A stretch of 63,036 nt of DNA, the filler included, from Basidiobolus ranarum (taxonomy: Eukaryota): NCBI GenBank assembly GCA_040143965.1. It is 12 parts of 12 records of this genome, joined end to end, with 100 filler letters (N's around TTAATTAATTAA, not from the genome) between each part and the next. Parts side by side here need not be neighbours in the genome. Positions count along the whole stretch, not along the records: positions 47,391 to 52,541 come from JASJQH010001693.1; positions 52,642 to 57,789 come from JASJQH010001694.1; positions 57,890 to 63,036 come from JASJQH010001695.1; 9 more parts are not named here. One strand, given 5' to 3'. Under the pieces are notes generated by a model. It ran no database searches. It saw only the letters and a list, made by a program, of their open reading frames with translations, and was not told where the DNA came from. Of the stretch, positions 47,986 through 60,857 are shown one piece after another. Positions within the stretch are counted from its first letter, which is position 1. The number at the start of each line of letters is the position of its first letter. The position numbers were made by a program, and so were the translations under genes.

Positions 47986-49203
47986 GTAAGCAAACAAAGA
48001 TGTAGCCTATGTTCAGGATGGTCCCAGGAACATGTGTGCTAGGTTTGGGGCTTCTAGCACAAGTTAGAAAATCTAGATATCTGAGAACTTCTAAGTTGGA
48101 TAACTATTCTAAGTAACTTCCAATTGAGAATAAATCATAATATCTTAGTGAATTTTAAGATAACTAAGCACTAAGCTATATATGACTACATAGGTGTTTA
48201 GGCAATGATAATTTCACACTCTCCCTCAACTAAACAGTCATATAAACTAATCCTGATAAAGGTCTAAATTTCTCAAATGTCTGTTGAGCTAATGGTTTGG
48301 TTAATATATCAGCAATCATGTCTTCTGTAGAACAATAATTCAAGTCAATACACTTACTCTCTATAGTCTCTCTAATGAAGAGATGTCTGATATCCATAAC
48401 TTTGCTTCTATTATGAAACATGTGATTCTTAGCTAATTTGATACAGCTTTGCTTATCTTGAAATATTGTAGCTAGTGAATTTTGATAATAACCTAAGTCT
48501 ATTGAGAGCTTTCTTAGCCATATTGCTTCTTTTGTGACTTCAAAGTGTGCCACATATTCTGCTTCTGTTGTTGAAAGTGCTACTGGATGTTGTTTTTTCG
48601 AATTCCAAGAAATAGCTCCAATATAGCAAAGAGATATGTATCCAGTTATTGAATGGCTCCAAGTTATTGTTTTGGTAGTTCTATCTATCTCAACTTGAAT
48701 TCCAAGAGAGTATTTTGTTTACCCAGATCAGTCATTTTAAATTTGGCAGACATACCGGATTTGGTTCTCTCCAAAGTCTTCTAGTCATCAGTTGCTATAA
48801 TCAGGTTATCAAAGCATAAGGCTGATGATACTAGGATGGTCTTATCTGGCCTGAAGTAGCTACTTTAGTAAATATTACTCTTTTAGAATTTGAGTGTTCC
48901 TAAAAAAGCATCTAATTTGCTTTTCCAAGCTCTTGGAGACTGTTTTAAGCCATAGAGTGCTTTCTAGGGTCTGCAAACTTTCTTAGGGTTTTCTGAGTCC
49001 ACAAATCCATCTAGCTGGTCCATATAGATCTACTTAGCAATCTCACTATTCAAAAAAGTGGCTTTAACATCTATTTGTTGTATAACAAACTGCCATTTAG
49101 CTGAAATTGCAAAAATCAATCTATTTGAATTAAGCATTGCTACAGGATCAACAATTTGTGCATCATCCATTTCTGGAGTTTGTGAAGAGCCTTGGGCTAC
49201 TAG

Positions 49204-52200
49204 TGTCACAATAAGGAACTGCACAGGCACTAGAAACAACAACAAGAAGCTAGAAGGCAGGAGAGTACTGGGGTGTAGACCACAAGACAAGACAAGACTG
49301 GACAGGAGAGGTACTTTGGCAAGAATCTTTATTGATAACTGGCATTGATCAGACTGAGGTCTGATCAAGCAATACATGAAGCTTATATATATATTGCAGG
49401 ATGAGACATAATATACTGAATAGGGAATATACTGTGGCAGGTCCAAGTGTGGGGGTGTTGGGGACTACAAGGACCAATGCAAAGAGGGATGATGTATGGA
49501 TGATCAAGTGACTTTCCATGGAAGGTCTTGGTGCAAATACACTGTGTGTGGGATGATATGATTGGTTAGATTTCATGGATTGTTCCAAAGAACATGATTT
49601 CCATATAAGGTAACCTGGATGAACTGGCACAAGATTGCCAAGAAAGGATGGCACAGCAGATATGATGTCATAATATAAAAATAGAAGAGTTCTATTTGAA
49701 GTAGATGAGTATGCAAACTTCAGAATTATGACAGTATCCCCTCCTTTATGATGGCTTCCTGACATCATAGGGCCAGGTTTTTCTGGGTAAGCTTCACAAA
49801 ACTCCTGGCAAAATTCCTTAGAATCGGAAAGATCTGTTGCTGGCTCCCATGATTGATCATTTGTGGAGTATCCCTTCCAGTTCACTAAATATTGCAATTT
49901 ATGTCAATCCATTCTAGAATCTAAAATTTTACTAACTTCATATTCAGGGTATTCTTCCACTTGGAGTGCTGGGGGTGGGTGAATGGATTGGCCCTAGAAG
50001 GTGTTTCTGGCATGTGGCTCTAGGAGAGACACATGGAATACATTGTGGACTTTGAAATGGGCTGGGAGTTCAAGGCAGAAGGCTACAGAATTGATTTGCT
50101 TCATTGTCTCAAAAGATGCTAGTCTTTTATGATGAAGTTTGTCACAAGGTCTAATAGTTTTGCTAATAGTTTTGATATTTTTTTGGAGTAGCCATACATA
50201 ATCTCCTGGCTTAAGATCTGTGCTTGGCTTTCTTTTCTTATCAGCAAAGTTCTTGAATTGTGATTGGGCATCCTCCAACTTGAATTTGAATTGTTTGTGG
50301 ATATCCTAAAGGAAAGTGGCATGGTCTGAGACAGCAGGGCAAGGTAGATTGGATGATGGGTGAATTGTGAAAAGAGAATGGAATCCATAATTTGCAAAGA
50401 AATAGGTTTGTTCTGGTGAGGTATGATAAGAGTTGTTGTAAGCAAATTGCACAAGGGGCAAGAGCTGTGTAAATTAACATGATTATAGTTGATTGTGCAT
50501 CACAAATATTGCTCCAAAAATTGATTGACTCTTTCTGTTTGGCCATCAGATTGGGGATGGAAGGCAGTGGCAAGATTGGCAGAGATACCCAATGTTTGGA
50601 GAAGACTTCTCCAGAATTGGGAAGCAAACTGAGGTCCTTAGTCAGAGATGATAGCTTCAGGGAGTCCATGTAGGTGGAAGATATTTTGAGTTACCAATTC
50701 TGCTGTTTGTTTTACATCACTTGACTTGTTGCAGGGCACAAAGTGGGCCATCTTTGATAGATGGTCAACAATTACCAGAATTGAATTATATTTAACAGAT
50801 AAGGGTAGATCATTTGTGAAATCCAGGGATTTAGATTTCCCTTTTGATGAGGAATTGGAAGTGGCTGTAGGAGGCCATAGGGCTGATGTCTTGGAGTCTT
50901 CACTTAAGCACAAGTATCACATATGAAAACATAAGTCTTGACAAATGCAAACATTTTGGGCCACCAAAAATCCCTGGATGCCAACTTATATGTTTTGGCA
51001 ATGCCAAAGTGTCTCGCAAGTGATGAGTCATGCCTTTCCTCCGTGATTTTGAGTCTGGAAGTGTGATCTGGAATGTAAAGACACTTCTTGTATAACAAGA
51101 GAGCATTAATGATATAGAAATGGTGGTACATATTCAAGCTTCAGAGACCTTTGGGTGAATCCTGGGCTCTCTTGATCAATAATACCAATGGGTCTTCAGA
51201 TTGAAGTTTGCAGATGTCTTCATGGAATTTGCTTGGACTAGCCAGATAAAGAGCATTTGCACTAATTTAAAGTTGGTGAGGCTGTAGTAAGGAAGTATTT
51301 TGTTAGCCAAAGGCCTCATCCCCTTCTTTAGGCTGATATTCTGCTCTACATGATAAGGCATCAGGTTTTCCTTGCTGGCTACCTGGTTGATAAGTAATCA
51401 CAAATTGAAATTGGCAAGAAATAGTGACCATCTTGCTTAATGGTGATTGCAAACTTTGGTTTTACCAAAATACTGAAGATTCCTATGATCACAATAGACT
51501 GTGATTTTGTGATTTGCTCCATCCAAGTATTGTCACCATTGTTCAAATGCAGCAATATTTGCTAAGAGTTCCATGTCATAGATGTCATAGTAGATTTCTG
51601 CTGCAGAGAACTGTCTTGAGTAAAAGGGACAGGGTGCAGTAAGTATTCATCTTCACACCGTGATAGTACTGCCCCTAGAGCAAAGTCAGATGCATCAGTT
51701 TCAGCACTAAATGGCTTGTCTAGCTTAGGGTGTGTCTGGATTGGTGCTGAGGTAAAAGCATCCTTTACAGTTACAAATACTTGTTGGCAAGATGGGTTCC
51801 AGTCAAATGGGAGTTCTTTCTTAATAAGGTTTGTTAATGGAGCAGCTATTATGGAGTAGTTCTTGACAAACCATTGGAAAAAGTTTGCAAATCCAAGGAA
51901 AGATTAGACATCCTTTACATTCTTGCAAGTATCCCAAGACAGAACTGATTTAACCTTCTTAGGGTCCATGGAAATGCCTGATAGGCTGATGTTAAATTCA
52001 AGGAATTCACCTTGAGCTAGGTTAAATTCACATTTGTCCAGTTGAGCATAGAGACCAGAGGGTTTCAACTTTTCCAGGACTTGGGAAACATGAACATTAT
52101 GTTCTTCTTGATAGCTTGAGAAGACCTAGTTATCATGAAGGTAGATTATCACAAACTGGTCAAGCTACTCTCTAAAGATATCATTTTTCATGTTTTGAAA

Positions 52201-52541
52201 GACTGCAGGGGCATTGGCAAGTCCAAATGGCATGACATTGTATTTAAAGTGTCCATAGCAAGTTTGAAAGGCAGTTTTCCATTGGTCTTGTAGCTTGATT
52301 TTTACAAGATTGTGAGCTTCTCTTAAATCAATCTATGTAAATAACTTTGCTGAAGCAAGCTGGTCCAAGAGTGAGTAATTAATGGCAAGGGGTAACAATT
52401 TTTGACTGTAATGCTATTGATACCTTGATAATCAACACAGAGACAGAGGGATCCATCCTTTTTCTTAATAAACAAGATTGGAGAGCCTGCTGGAGACTTT
52501 GAATGTTGGATAAATCATTTCTCCCAAATTTCAGCAATGTA
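49204..52541 (-). mobile_element. Ty3/gypsy chromovirus remnant (RT-RH-IN-chromodomain, PPT, 530-bp 3' LTR 49204-49733) nested in copia RT
   Basis: [46 protein letters not shown] and YLVNWKGY..SWEP motifs. PPT AAAGGAGGGGA and TGTCA...TGACA termini. Confidence 0.93.
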
Positions 52542-52641
52542 NNNNNNNNNNNNNNNNNNNNNNNNNNNNNNNNNNNNNNNNNNNNTTAATTAATTAANNN
52601 NNNNNNNNNNNNNNNNNNNNNNNNNNNNNNNNNNNNNNNNN

Positions 52642-53238
52642 TGGCAGGACATTTGTTGACTGAAAGTTGGGGATATATTGGCTGAATTTTTTATGGAAAT
52701 TTGCCAAAATCCAAGAGCTTATTCTCATTGTGAACAGTAACAATAGTCAGCTATTTGCCAAGTGTCAGTGCTATTCCAAATTTCAGATGTTTAGCAATTT
52801 TTCCACCATTAGTTTGCTGGTAAAGCATATTGATGTTGTTGAGCTATGTCTAATCAGTCAAGTATGTGCATATGTAGAGACTAAACACAACAAGATTCTT
52901 GTATTTTTTGATTCTCATTATTGCTGGAATACAAAGCCTAAAATATCTAAATAAAGGCATGCATATTAATTCCAATTCCTACAGCAGTAAACCCAGTAAT
53001 TTGCCATTTGAAAATTATATTTTGCAAAATTGCTGGATATTGAATAATGCATGCCAATTTTGAGGATCAATATTTTAACATGTATGAATACCATCAGAAT
53101 ACCATCAAGAAACTGCTGTCACACCAGCAAAATCCCTGGCAGAATGCAAGCCACCAATGTTGTGATGGTTCTCTGATGGTTTTGCTCTTTCAGAGGGTGG
53201 ATCCAATCTGGATCTAATCAACTTTATTTTTGTTAGGG
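52642..53238. mobile_element. Terminus of the CACTA-like element inserted in copia RT; includes the repeat at 52729-52955
   Basis: TTATTTTTGTTAGGG end and GAATACCATC subterminal repeats. Copia RT (VCRL) resumes right after. Confidence 0.65.
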
Positions 53239-55215
53239 AGTCTGCAAACTTTTTAGATATCTCTTGATCCACAAATCCATCTGGCTGGTCCATATAGATC
53301 TCCTCAGTAAGCTCACCATTCAAAAAAGCAGTTTTAACATCAATTTGATGTATAATAAACTGATATTTTGCTGAAATTGCTAAAATCAATCCAATAGAGT
53401 TAAACTCTGCTACTGGACCAAAAGTTTCTTTATAATCTATTACTGGAGTTTGGGAGTAGCCTTTGGCTACTAGTGTTGCTTTGTACCTTTCTGTATTGCC
53501 ATCAGAGTTGTAATTTACTTTAAATGCCCATATGCAGCCACTTGATTTTCTATCATCTGATAAGTTGGTTGAAAACCAAGTTTGATTTTCAGTCAAAGCC
53601 TGGTACTCATCAGCCATTGCAGATCTCCAATATTTTTATAAGGGCCATTCAGGCCTGTTTTTCACTCTAGGGTTCATTTATTTGAGCTGTGCAGGCATAG
53701 GCCAAATTTTGAGACTCATTGATATGGCATTCATTGTTTTGGTTTGAATCAATTTGTATGATTGTATCAGGAGAAAATTGATTTTTGTGATTATATCTTT
53801 TCAGATAAAGAAATTTCATTTTGATGAAAGAAAACATACCTGGACTGAATTATCTTTGAAATTTTGGTATCATAGAGTCTGTAGGTCTTGGTTTGAGTAC
53901 AATAACCCTGAAATATTCATTTTTCACTTTTTGAATCAAATTTAGACCAATTTTTGGTCATGATTTTGTCATAAGCAATGGGAGGCTCCAGAATCAATAT
54001 ACCATGTCTGAGAATCCTTGTTGGTAGTCATAGATAGAGCAGATATCAACAAGTGATCTTTTGTTGTAACCACATTTCCAGATTCATTATGTTTTTCTTC
54101 TTTTACAATTCTTTTAAAGCAATATTTGCTTAAATGGCCAGTTCTTTTACAGTTATCACAGAATGTGTTACTTTTCTTCTTAAATTGCTTTTGACCTTTA
54201 TAGAAAGGTTTTCCATAGCTTATTAAAGCTTTTTCTTCATTCTTTTGGTTGGATCCTGATTTGCACAAATCTTCATCCAGAAGTCTGCCAAATACATAAT
54301 TTAAGGTAAATTTTCAGTTTTTGATTCTGGAGCTATTACTTGGCTCTGAAACTTATGTGGCAGGCTATTCAGGACTGTAACTACAATATCATGATTGGTA
54401 GTAGGCACTTCAATGCATTCCATTTCATCTAATAAAATAGTGACTCTATTAATTAGTGATTCTATGTCTTTTCCTGGCTTCTTCTTTAAGTTAAAGAATT
54501 GCCTTCTGAAAAACATCTTGTTGGCAGCAGAGCTTGTTTAGTAGGTATCTTCCAAGCCTTTCCATACCTTTTTGGCAGCTTTAGCTCTTGAACATTGAAT
54601 TAGCCTTTTGTCTTTAACATTAAGACAAATTGTGTTAAAAGCACTTTGTTCTTTTTTAACCAGGAGTAAAACTTTGGTTTCAGATAATTTTGCATTGTTT
54701 TCTTCTCCTACAACAGTGTCCTCCCAAAGTCCTTTTTCCGGCAGCAGCATTTTCATCGTAATTTTTCAAACTTCATAATTGGCTCCATCCAATTTTTCAG
54801 AAGAGGGAAAAGTTCCATAAATTGGTGAAGTAGGCACAATGGAGAGTGAAAGCTTGGGGCTCATAACCGGTTAAAGTATTTGGGAGCCTGTTGGAAGTGG
54901 TTTGGAGAATTAGAGAAGTTGATGGTCTTCACTTGTTTATTTATTGAATAGAAAGTTGACATCTGTAGTTTTTTCAAGATGTAAACAAACTAATGTGTAG
55001 AATGTATTAGGGAAGGTCCCAGGAACATGTATGCAAAATTTGGGGCTTTTAGCCCAAGTATGAAAAATCTATATAACTGAGAACATCTAAGTTGGTAAGA
55101 ATGTTCTAAGCAAATTCCAATTGAGAATAATGGATAATATCTCTGTGAAATATAAGATAATTAAATGCTAAGCTATATATGACTATATAGGTGTTTAGGC
55201 AAAGCTAATTTCATT
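53239..55215 (-). mobile_element. Copia family A 5' part: 5' LTR (~55215-54869), PBS (54868-54857), gag with zinc knuckle, protease, deleted IN, RT
   Basis: EKLDGANY, CDNCKRTGHLSKYC, WYIDSGAS and ERYKATLVAKGYSQ motifs. Confidence 0.92.
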
Positions 55216-55738
55216 CCTCACAATATCTTAACAGATTGATCCCTTGCTTGTCACTCTGTTTAGATTAGCATATAAGCTGAATAAAGTCCACACCACCTGG
55301 TGCTTTTCATCCCCCTAAGGTAGGGCTAATAGGTAGGAAGAGTTCACTCTTACCAGAATGGCTTTAACCCTAACCCATTTTGACCAATCAAATGCTCTAA
55401 TTTCGCACTCTTACTGGAAGAGTAACCGAGTATAGGCAGTAGGAAAATTGCCAGAAAAGTATCCAATTATAAGCAGTAACAAAAGTGCACCTTACCGGAA
55501 AGATCATAACCCTAAATTGATTTTGGCCAATCAAATCGCTATGATTCTGCACTCTTACCTAAAGAGCAGCACAGCATAAGTGGTAGTTAGTTAGGTTTAA
55601 TCCGTGTTCCTTTAAACAATAATTTAAGATTCAGTCAATGCATTAATATTGACACTAGAGTTATAGATATAGCTGTCATATATGGAGTAATTTCACCATG
55701 GTAGAAGGATTCTTAGCTAATACTGACCATCAACTTAA

Positions 55739-56420
55739 TTGTGGGATAAATATTGGGTAACTGTGGCCAAACAGGATGGGGGATGCGCACGATACATGAT
55801 GACCAGACAAAGTGCTTGCTGTAGAATACCAGAGGAGCTACATTTAGTTGAATTAGCTCCCTTTCTTTGTGCAGGGATCACAGCTTATAACTTCATTCAA
55901 AATATGAACCACATTCATCCTGGGTATGTTTGTGCTGTTGTGGGCATCGGTGGTCTCGGTTATCGCACTGTGGCACTTTCTAGTTCGGCAAATAAGAAAG
56001 AACTCGCAAATGAATTGGGTGCTCACCTTTCTATTCATCCGTCTAGTCAAGATACTGTCAGAAACCAGGAGGAGCTAAGTTAACCATCGTCGCAGCTCCT
56101 GGTGGCGACGTATCAAAGTTGATTGAATGGTTGGCATTTGATGATACTTTACCTATCCTCTCAATGTTTCCAGAACCTTTGAAGATTGTTTCAACCGGCC
56201 TAGGAGAGCTCAGACCCGTAGATGGCCAAGTAGCACCCAAGTGGCAAGTTCCATAGGATTGTAGGAAACTCGGAGCAGTTGTTAATTTGAAGTTCTATAG
56301 GATGCTTAACATGCTCTTTATTTCTTAGCCTTTACCAATACAAAGTCATTAGTGCAAACCTATACCCTATATCAAGCCAGGCAGGCTTATGAAGATATGA
56401 TGAGCGGAAAGCCCGAGATT
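55739..56420 (+). pseudogene. Zinc-dependent alcohol dehydrogenase pseudogene
   Basis: DGG..RYM, APFLCAGIT, VVGIGGLG and ELGAH motifs. The segment after GIGGLG is deleted, there are frameshifts, and no intact N-terminus is present. Confidence 0.75.
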
Positions 56421-56689
56421 CCGTGCATTGTCTTTGACCAAATGCTTAATAGATTTAAATAATTTACTCTATATTTTCATCTTGCTTTTCTATTGAAATA
56501 TATCTATAAAAGTTGAAACCGCAGTTACACTTGAATTTGTCCTTTATTTGGAAATATGAATAGCTCGAATAGAATTTAAACTCAATTCAGTTACTAATAT
56601 CCGCAGTCGTGCGAATAATTCAATAAATAAAAGCTTTTTCTTTATTAAAACCTAGACCACCTTTCCTGAAGAAACCCTAACTTTCCACA

Positions 56690-57307
56690 ATGCCCGCAAT
56701 TGAGACAAGTCGATTGTGTATAGTTCCTATCGTAGAGGAAGATATTCCTTCTGTAGCCGAGTTTTATTTGAATATAAATCTAGACAAGCAATTCACCCTT
56801 ATGGCTTGGGGCATGGATGGGCCAATTGACGGCACCATGGAAGCAGTAATTGACCGTATTCATTCGTGGAGAAAGAGTTACGAAGAGTTTGGATTCGGCT
56901 GGTATGTTATCCGACTTCAAGAGACAGGAGAGCCTATAGGATATGTATTCTTACGTTTTGTTACGGAAAGTCTACTTGAACGCAGTCGTAAGATGCACCC
57001 CGAAGCCGACCCTACTACTTTTTGTGCTCGTCCTCGAGAAGTAGAAATAGGCTACGGTTTTGCTGTCCCTTTTTGGGGAAAGGGATATGCCAGTGAAGCA
57101 ATTCGAAAAGTCCTCGATTACAGCTTCCAAAATTTTGACTTTCCTTACATTTCTGGAGCTGCCTTGCCTGCTAACATCGGAAGCCAGAAAGTTATGGAAA
57201 AAGTAGGAATGACTAGTATCACCGGTGGCCCTTCTTATTATGGTACTGATGATAAGTATTTCGACATAACACGTGAACAATGGCAAGATAGTGGTAGATC
57301 TCTTTAA
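56690..57307 (+). CDS. GNAT N-acetyltransferase, RimJ/RimL family
   Basis: IETSRL, EVEIGY.F..PFWGKGYASEA and N.GSQKVMEKVGM motifs. No introns. Confidence 0.9.
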   Translation: MPAIETSRLCIVPIVEEDIPSVAEFYLNINLDKQFTLMAWGMDGPIDGTMEAVIDRIHSWRKSYEEFGFGWYVIRLQETGEPIGYVFLRFVTESLLERSRKMHPEADPTTFCARPREVEIGYGFAVPFWGKGYASEAIRKVLDYSFQNFDFPYISGAALPANIGSQKVMEKVGMTSITGGPSYYGTDDKYFDITREQWQDSGRSL

Positions 57308-57756
57308 TATATATTAATTACGCAAAACTACAGAGTAAATGTGCATATGGTGGAAAATATGACATAATTGGCCAAATAAATCACCACAAATGCAAAAGTC
57401 ATTATAACAAAGAATGATTGTGAACTATTTGAATTTAATGGTAGTTAATTTAATGGCCAAAAGAATATTTATCGTTCTATCGAATGTGTCAACTAATATC
57501 AGCTATTTCGGATACTAGGTATATATATGTAAGTCTGCACAGTCTCATTCTTCAAATGTATACCCATTTCAGTGATTGTTTATATCAGGATTTGGGAGAC
57601 GTGATATTGACAAGAGGACTATCGAAATGAATCCCTTTTTCTGCCATAAAGGGTGATTGTTTTTGTCACTCATTTGTAAATTATTTCTGAGGATCCCACA
57701 ATACGTATGATTCCCCCATTTCCTTTAAAGGTCGCCCTTCGTTTATAGGATCAAGC

Positions 57757-57789
57757 ATACTTACCTGGCAGGGAGAGTCTACGATCATG
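57757..57789 (+). ncRNA. U1: U1 snRNA 5' end (truncated by contig end)
   Basis: ATACTTACCTGGCAGGGAGAG...GATCA has the invariant 5'-splice-site-pairing end and the start of the U1-70K loop. Confidence 0.85.
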
Positions 57790-57889
57790 NNNNNNNNNNN
57801 NNNNNNNNNNNNNNNNNNNNNNNNNNNNNNNNNTTAATTAATTAANNNNNNNNNNNNNNNNNNNNNNNNNNNNNNNNNNNNNNNNNNNN

Positions 57890-58392
57890 ATTTGCATCTT
57901 GAACTTCCAGAAATTGTAATTTTCTCCATCAAGCTTTTTAACACTTGAGTTAATAAAAGTGGTAGTAGTGGTTTCTGTCATGCTGTAAAGGTTAGAACAT
58001 GGGGCTCATAACCTATTGGGAAAATATGGGCTGTTTGGAGGAACTTTTGAAAAGTGGAGTTGTGAAGGAGCTTTGTCAGATAACTATTTATTGTCCAGAA
58101 ATAAGGCATTTATACATTTTGGTAGAAATACGGAAAACTAACACTGGGGTTGTGTTTGGATCATAGGTGGGAGTAAGATGAGCTATATTTGGGGTAATTT
58201 GGACAAGTTTGAAATTTCCAATATGGAATTGCTAATTCTCACATTATTCTTATATATAAATAATATATGTTCCAATTTTTAGCTAAGTGATATTTGACTA
58301 AGTAATGTTAACTAACTTGGATGTGATATATGAAATAGTTTGGTGTATAAAGATAGGGATAACAAATATGATAAAGACAATAAACTTCCACA
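57890..58392 (-). mobile_element. Copia family C 5' end: LTR (58392-58014), PBS (58013-58002), gag start (ATG 57981)
   Basis: MTETTTTTFITQVLKLDGENYNFWKFKMQ. The LTR is homologous to 22867-23242. Confidence 0.9.
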
Positions 58393-59977
58393 GTGCTGTT
58401 TGTCAATAGGATATTATATTATGACAGATCTAATAAACACCTTGTTTGTGCAAAAGCAAATCATCAACTTGGCATGAAACTTAAGGTACACCTCAGTCAG
58501 GCATTAAACTGTTTTGTGATAAAATTTTAAATAAATTGCAGCCAGTTTGAGCAAGCTACATGCCATTATACATTGTACAATATTAAAAGGTAAGTATATC
58601 TGCCCAATTGTATACTGAGTGTTATATTATTACTAAATCAAGTATAGCATAATTATAGGATGATTCCAGAATAGAATGGTAAAGTGCACTACAAATGTGA
58701 ACTATTAATTATAAACTTGCATCTATTCAGGCTTTTGAAAACAGGCTTGCATTTGTAGTATGTGCAAAGGGTACACAAATTTGTGTAAGCTAATTATAGA
58801 TATATAGGTCACCCAATAATTCAAAGATTGATCATGTACTCAAGCTGTGGCAATTTAATTCAATTCAAATTTTGCACACCTTGAGATCTAGAAATGATGT
58901 AACTCTCTACCAAATTTCAGCATTGTAGCTTGTTTTTTTGGGCTGATATTATCACTTTACTGCAAGGCACCAGTTTCAATAAATTCAGCTACAGCCAATC
59001 AGCTTTCCAAACTTAAAACATTGATGAAGCAAAGTTGGGTTGATAGATTAGTATGAAACTTAGTACAAATATTTAGCATAGCTTGTTCAACAAAATAATA
59101 AATATTCATTTTGAATCTTCAACAACAGCAAGCACAGTGTGTATTTCTTTACCAACAATGTGTAATAAAAAAATTAAAAATATTTGATAGCACCCTTTGT
59201 AGTGTGCAGCATATATAACCCAAAGTTTCATTTTACTGACTATTTTGCTGCTGGCATGTATACAAGCAAATATAGAAAAACGCAACCAATATATAAATAT
59301 TATGAGAGTCAAATTATCAAGCAGGAACAGCAGGATTTTTATTTACAAACAGATTGTGGCTTAATATATAGTTGTTATTCTCTTTCACATTTGTCTAATT
59401 CTTTGCTTTTTTCCTACATATAGAGGTCTCTGCAATCATTCTTGTTTTTGGACTTATTAATTTCTTGTTTACTTTCTTTATTTTATATTTCAATCTTTTT
59501 CAATATTTTGCCTCAAGCACAATTTTCTGGAAAAGAAGGAAGCCAAATATTTAGATACTGTTAATCATGAGATTTTTAAGTTATCACATTGGTGTGCATC
59601 AACTATCAATAAATAAAGGCTTGGAAATTAAAATCTTAATTCCAAGTGTATAGGCCTACTTAGAAACTGTTGAAAGTGAAACACATGAACATTCTAAGAA
59701 AATCAAATGTTGGTATATATTTTATTATGAAGTCTCACAAAGCTTTGATAATCTGTAAAATTGTGTGAAGACTTGATAGAAGGTTTGCAAATAGTTTCTC
59801 TTCAAGATTTCAGGCAAAGGTCAGTAATCTGGCTTTTGGAAGATATCAATTGATAAACAATGATACATGCTGAACATGTATTGTTGCAACATTCAATTTT
59901 ATCATTACCACACATATTGAGCATTGATTACACATTACCAATTAGTAATCAATATTTAGGTAGTCATTTTATCACCA

Positions 59978-60322
59978 GTTTGAAGCATTTTTTGAGTTTG
60001 TTAGATATAATTTAGAGAATTAGAAGAATAAAGACTTCCTAAACATTGCTTTTTTGAAAAGAAGGTTGCCATTCACAGTACTTTCAAGGATATATAAAAG
60101 TACATTTATAGAGTACAAAGGAAGGTCCCAGGAAGATATGTACAGAGTTTGAGGCCTCTAGGATAAGTCTGAAAAATCTGTGGACTTGAGAACATTTCTG
60201 AGTTCAAACATTCAAGGTAAATTTGGTTGATGATACTACAAAATGTCTTGGCAAAATATGAGATAACTAACTATTTTGCTACATGTGACTATATAGATGT
60301 TTATTCTATATTAATTTTAACA
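59978..60322 (-). mobile_element. Diverged LTR-A-related solo LTR
   Basis: Shares GGAAGGTCCCAGGAA, GAAAAATCT..GAGAAC, AGATAACTAA and GACTATATAG blocks with LTR-A, and ends TTTTAACA. Confidence 0.65.
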
Positions 60323-60857
60323 GTAAGGATTGTCAGATAACCTTTCACAGAAGGTCTTGGCAGAAGTACACTACTCTGGTAAAGATTTGCCTGGTTGGGT
60401 TTAATAGACTACTATAAAGAATATGACTTCTGAATAGGGTATCTAGGATGAAGCAAAACCTGATTGCCGAGGAATGGTGGTACACTACATATCTTTACTT
60501 TCTCCAACTTTCCATTCACTACAGAGACAAAAGAGAAGGAAAAGGTGGCAAGCGCCATGCTGTAAGCTCTGGCAGTGATTATGAAGGAAATGAAGGGGGC
60601 AAGTATGGTGACAGTTCAGTTTTTAAATACTGGGCATATTTAGATAACAATAATACAAATTCCAACTCATAAGCATGTTCGAGCATATAGACCGAGAATG
60701 GATTTGATATAATAAAGATATTAAATTAAAGATTCAATCAACTATCCACACTTTAGCATTTTCACTAGCAAGAGTGATTAATCAATCAAGCCAGTTGGCA
60801 AGGATCATGTTGCGATGATATCAGAGTTCTATGTGCAATGTATAATTTAGGACTACC

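Larger units (their letters stand above)
47587..49203 (-). mobile_element. Copia family A 3' part: RT, RNase H, PPT (48219-48229), 3' LTR (47587-48218)
   Basis: QIDVKATFLN, STTEAE and ADILTKPL motifs, plus LTR-A homology. Confidence 0.9.
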
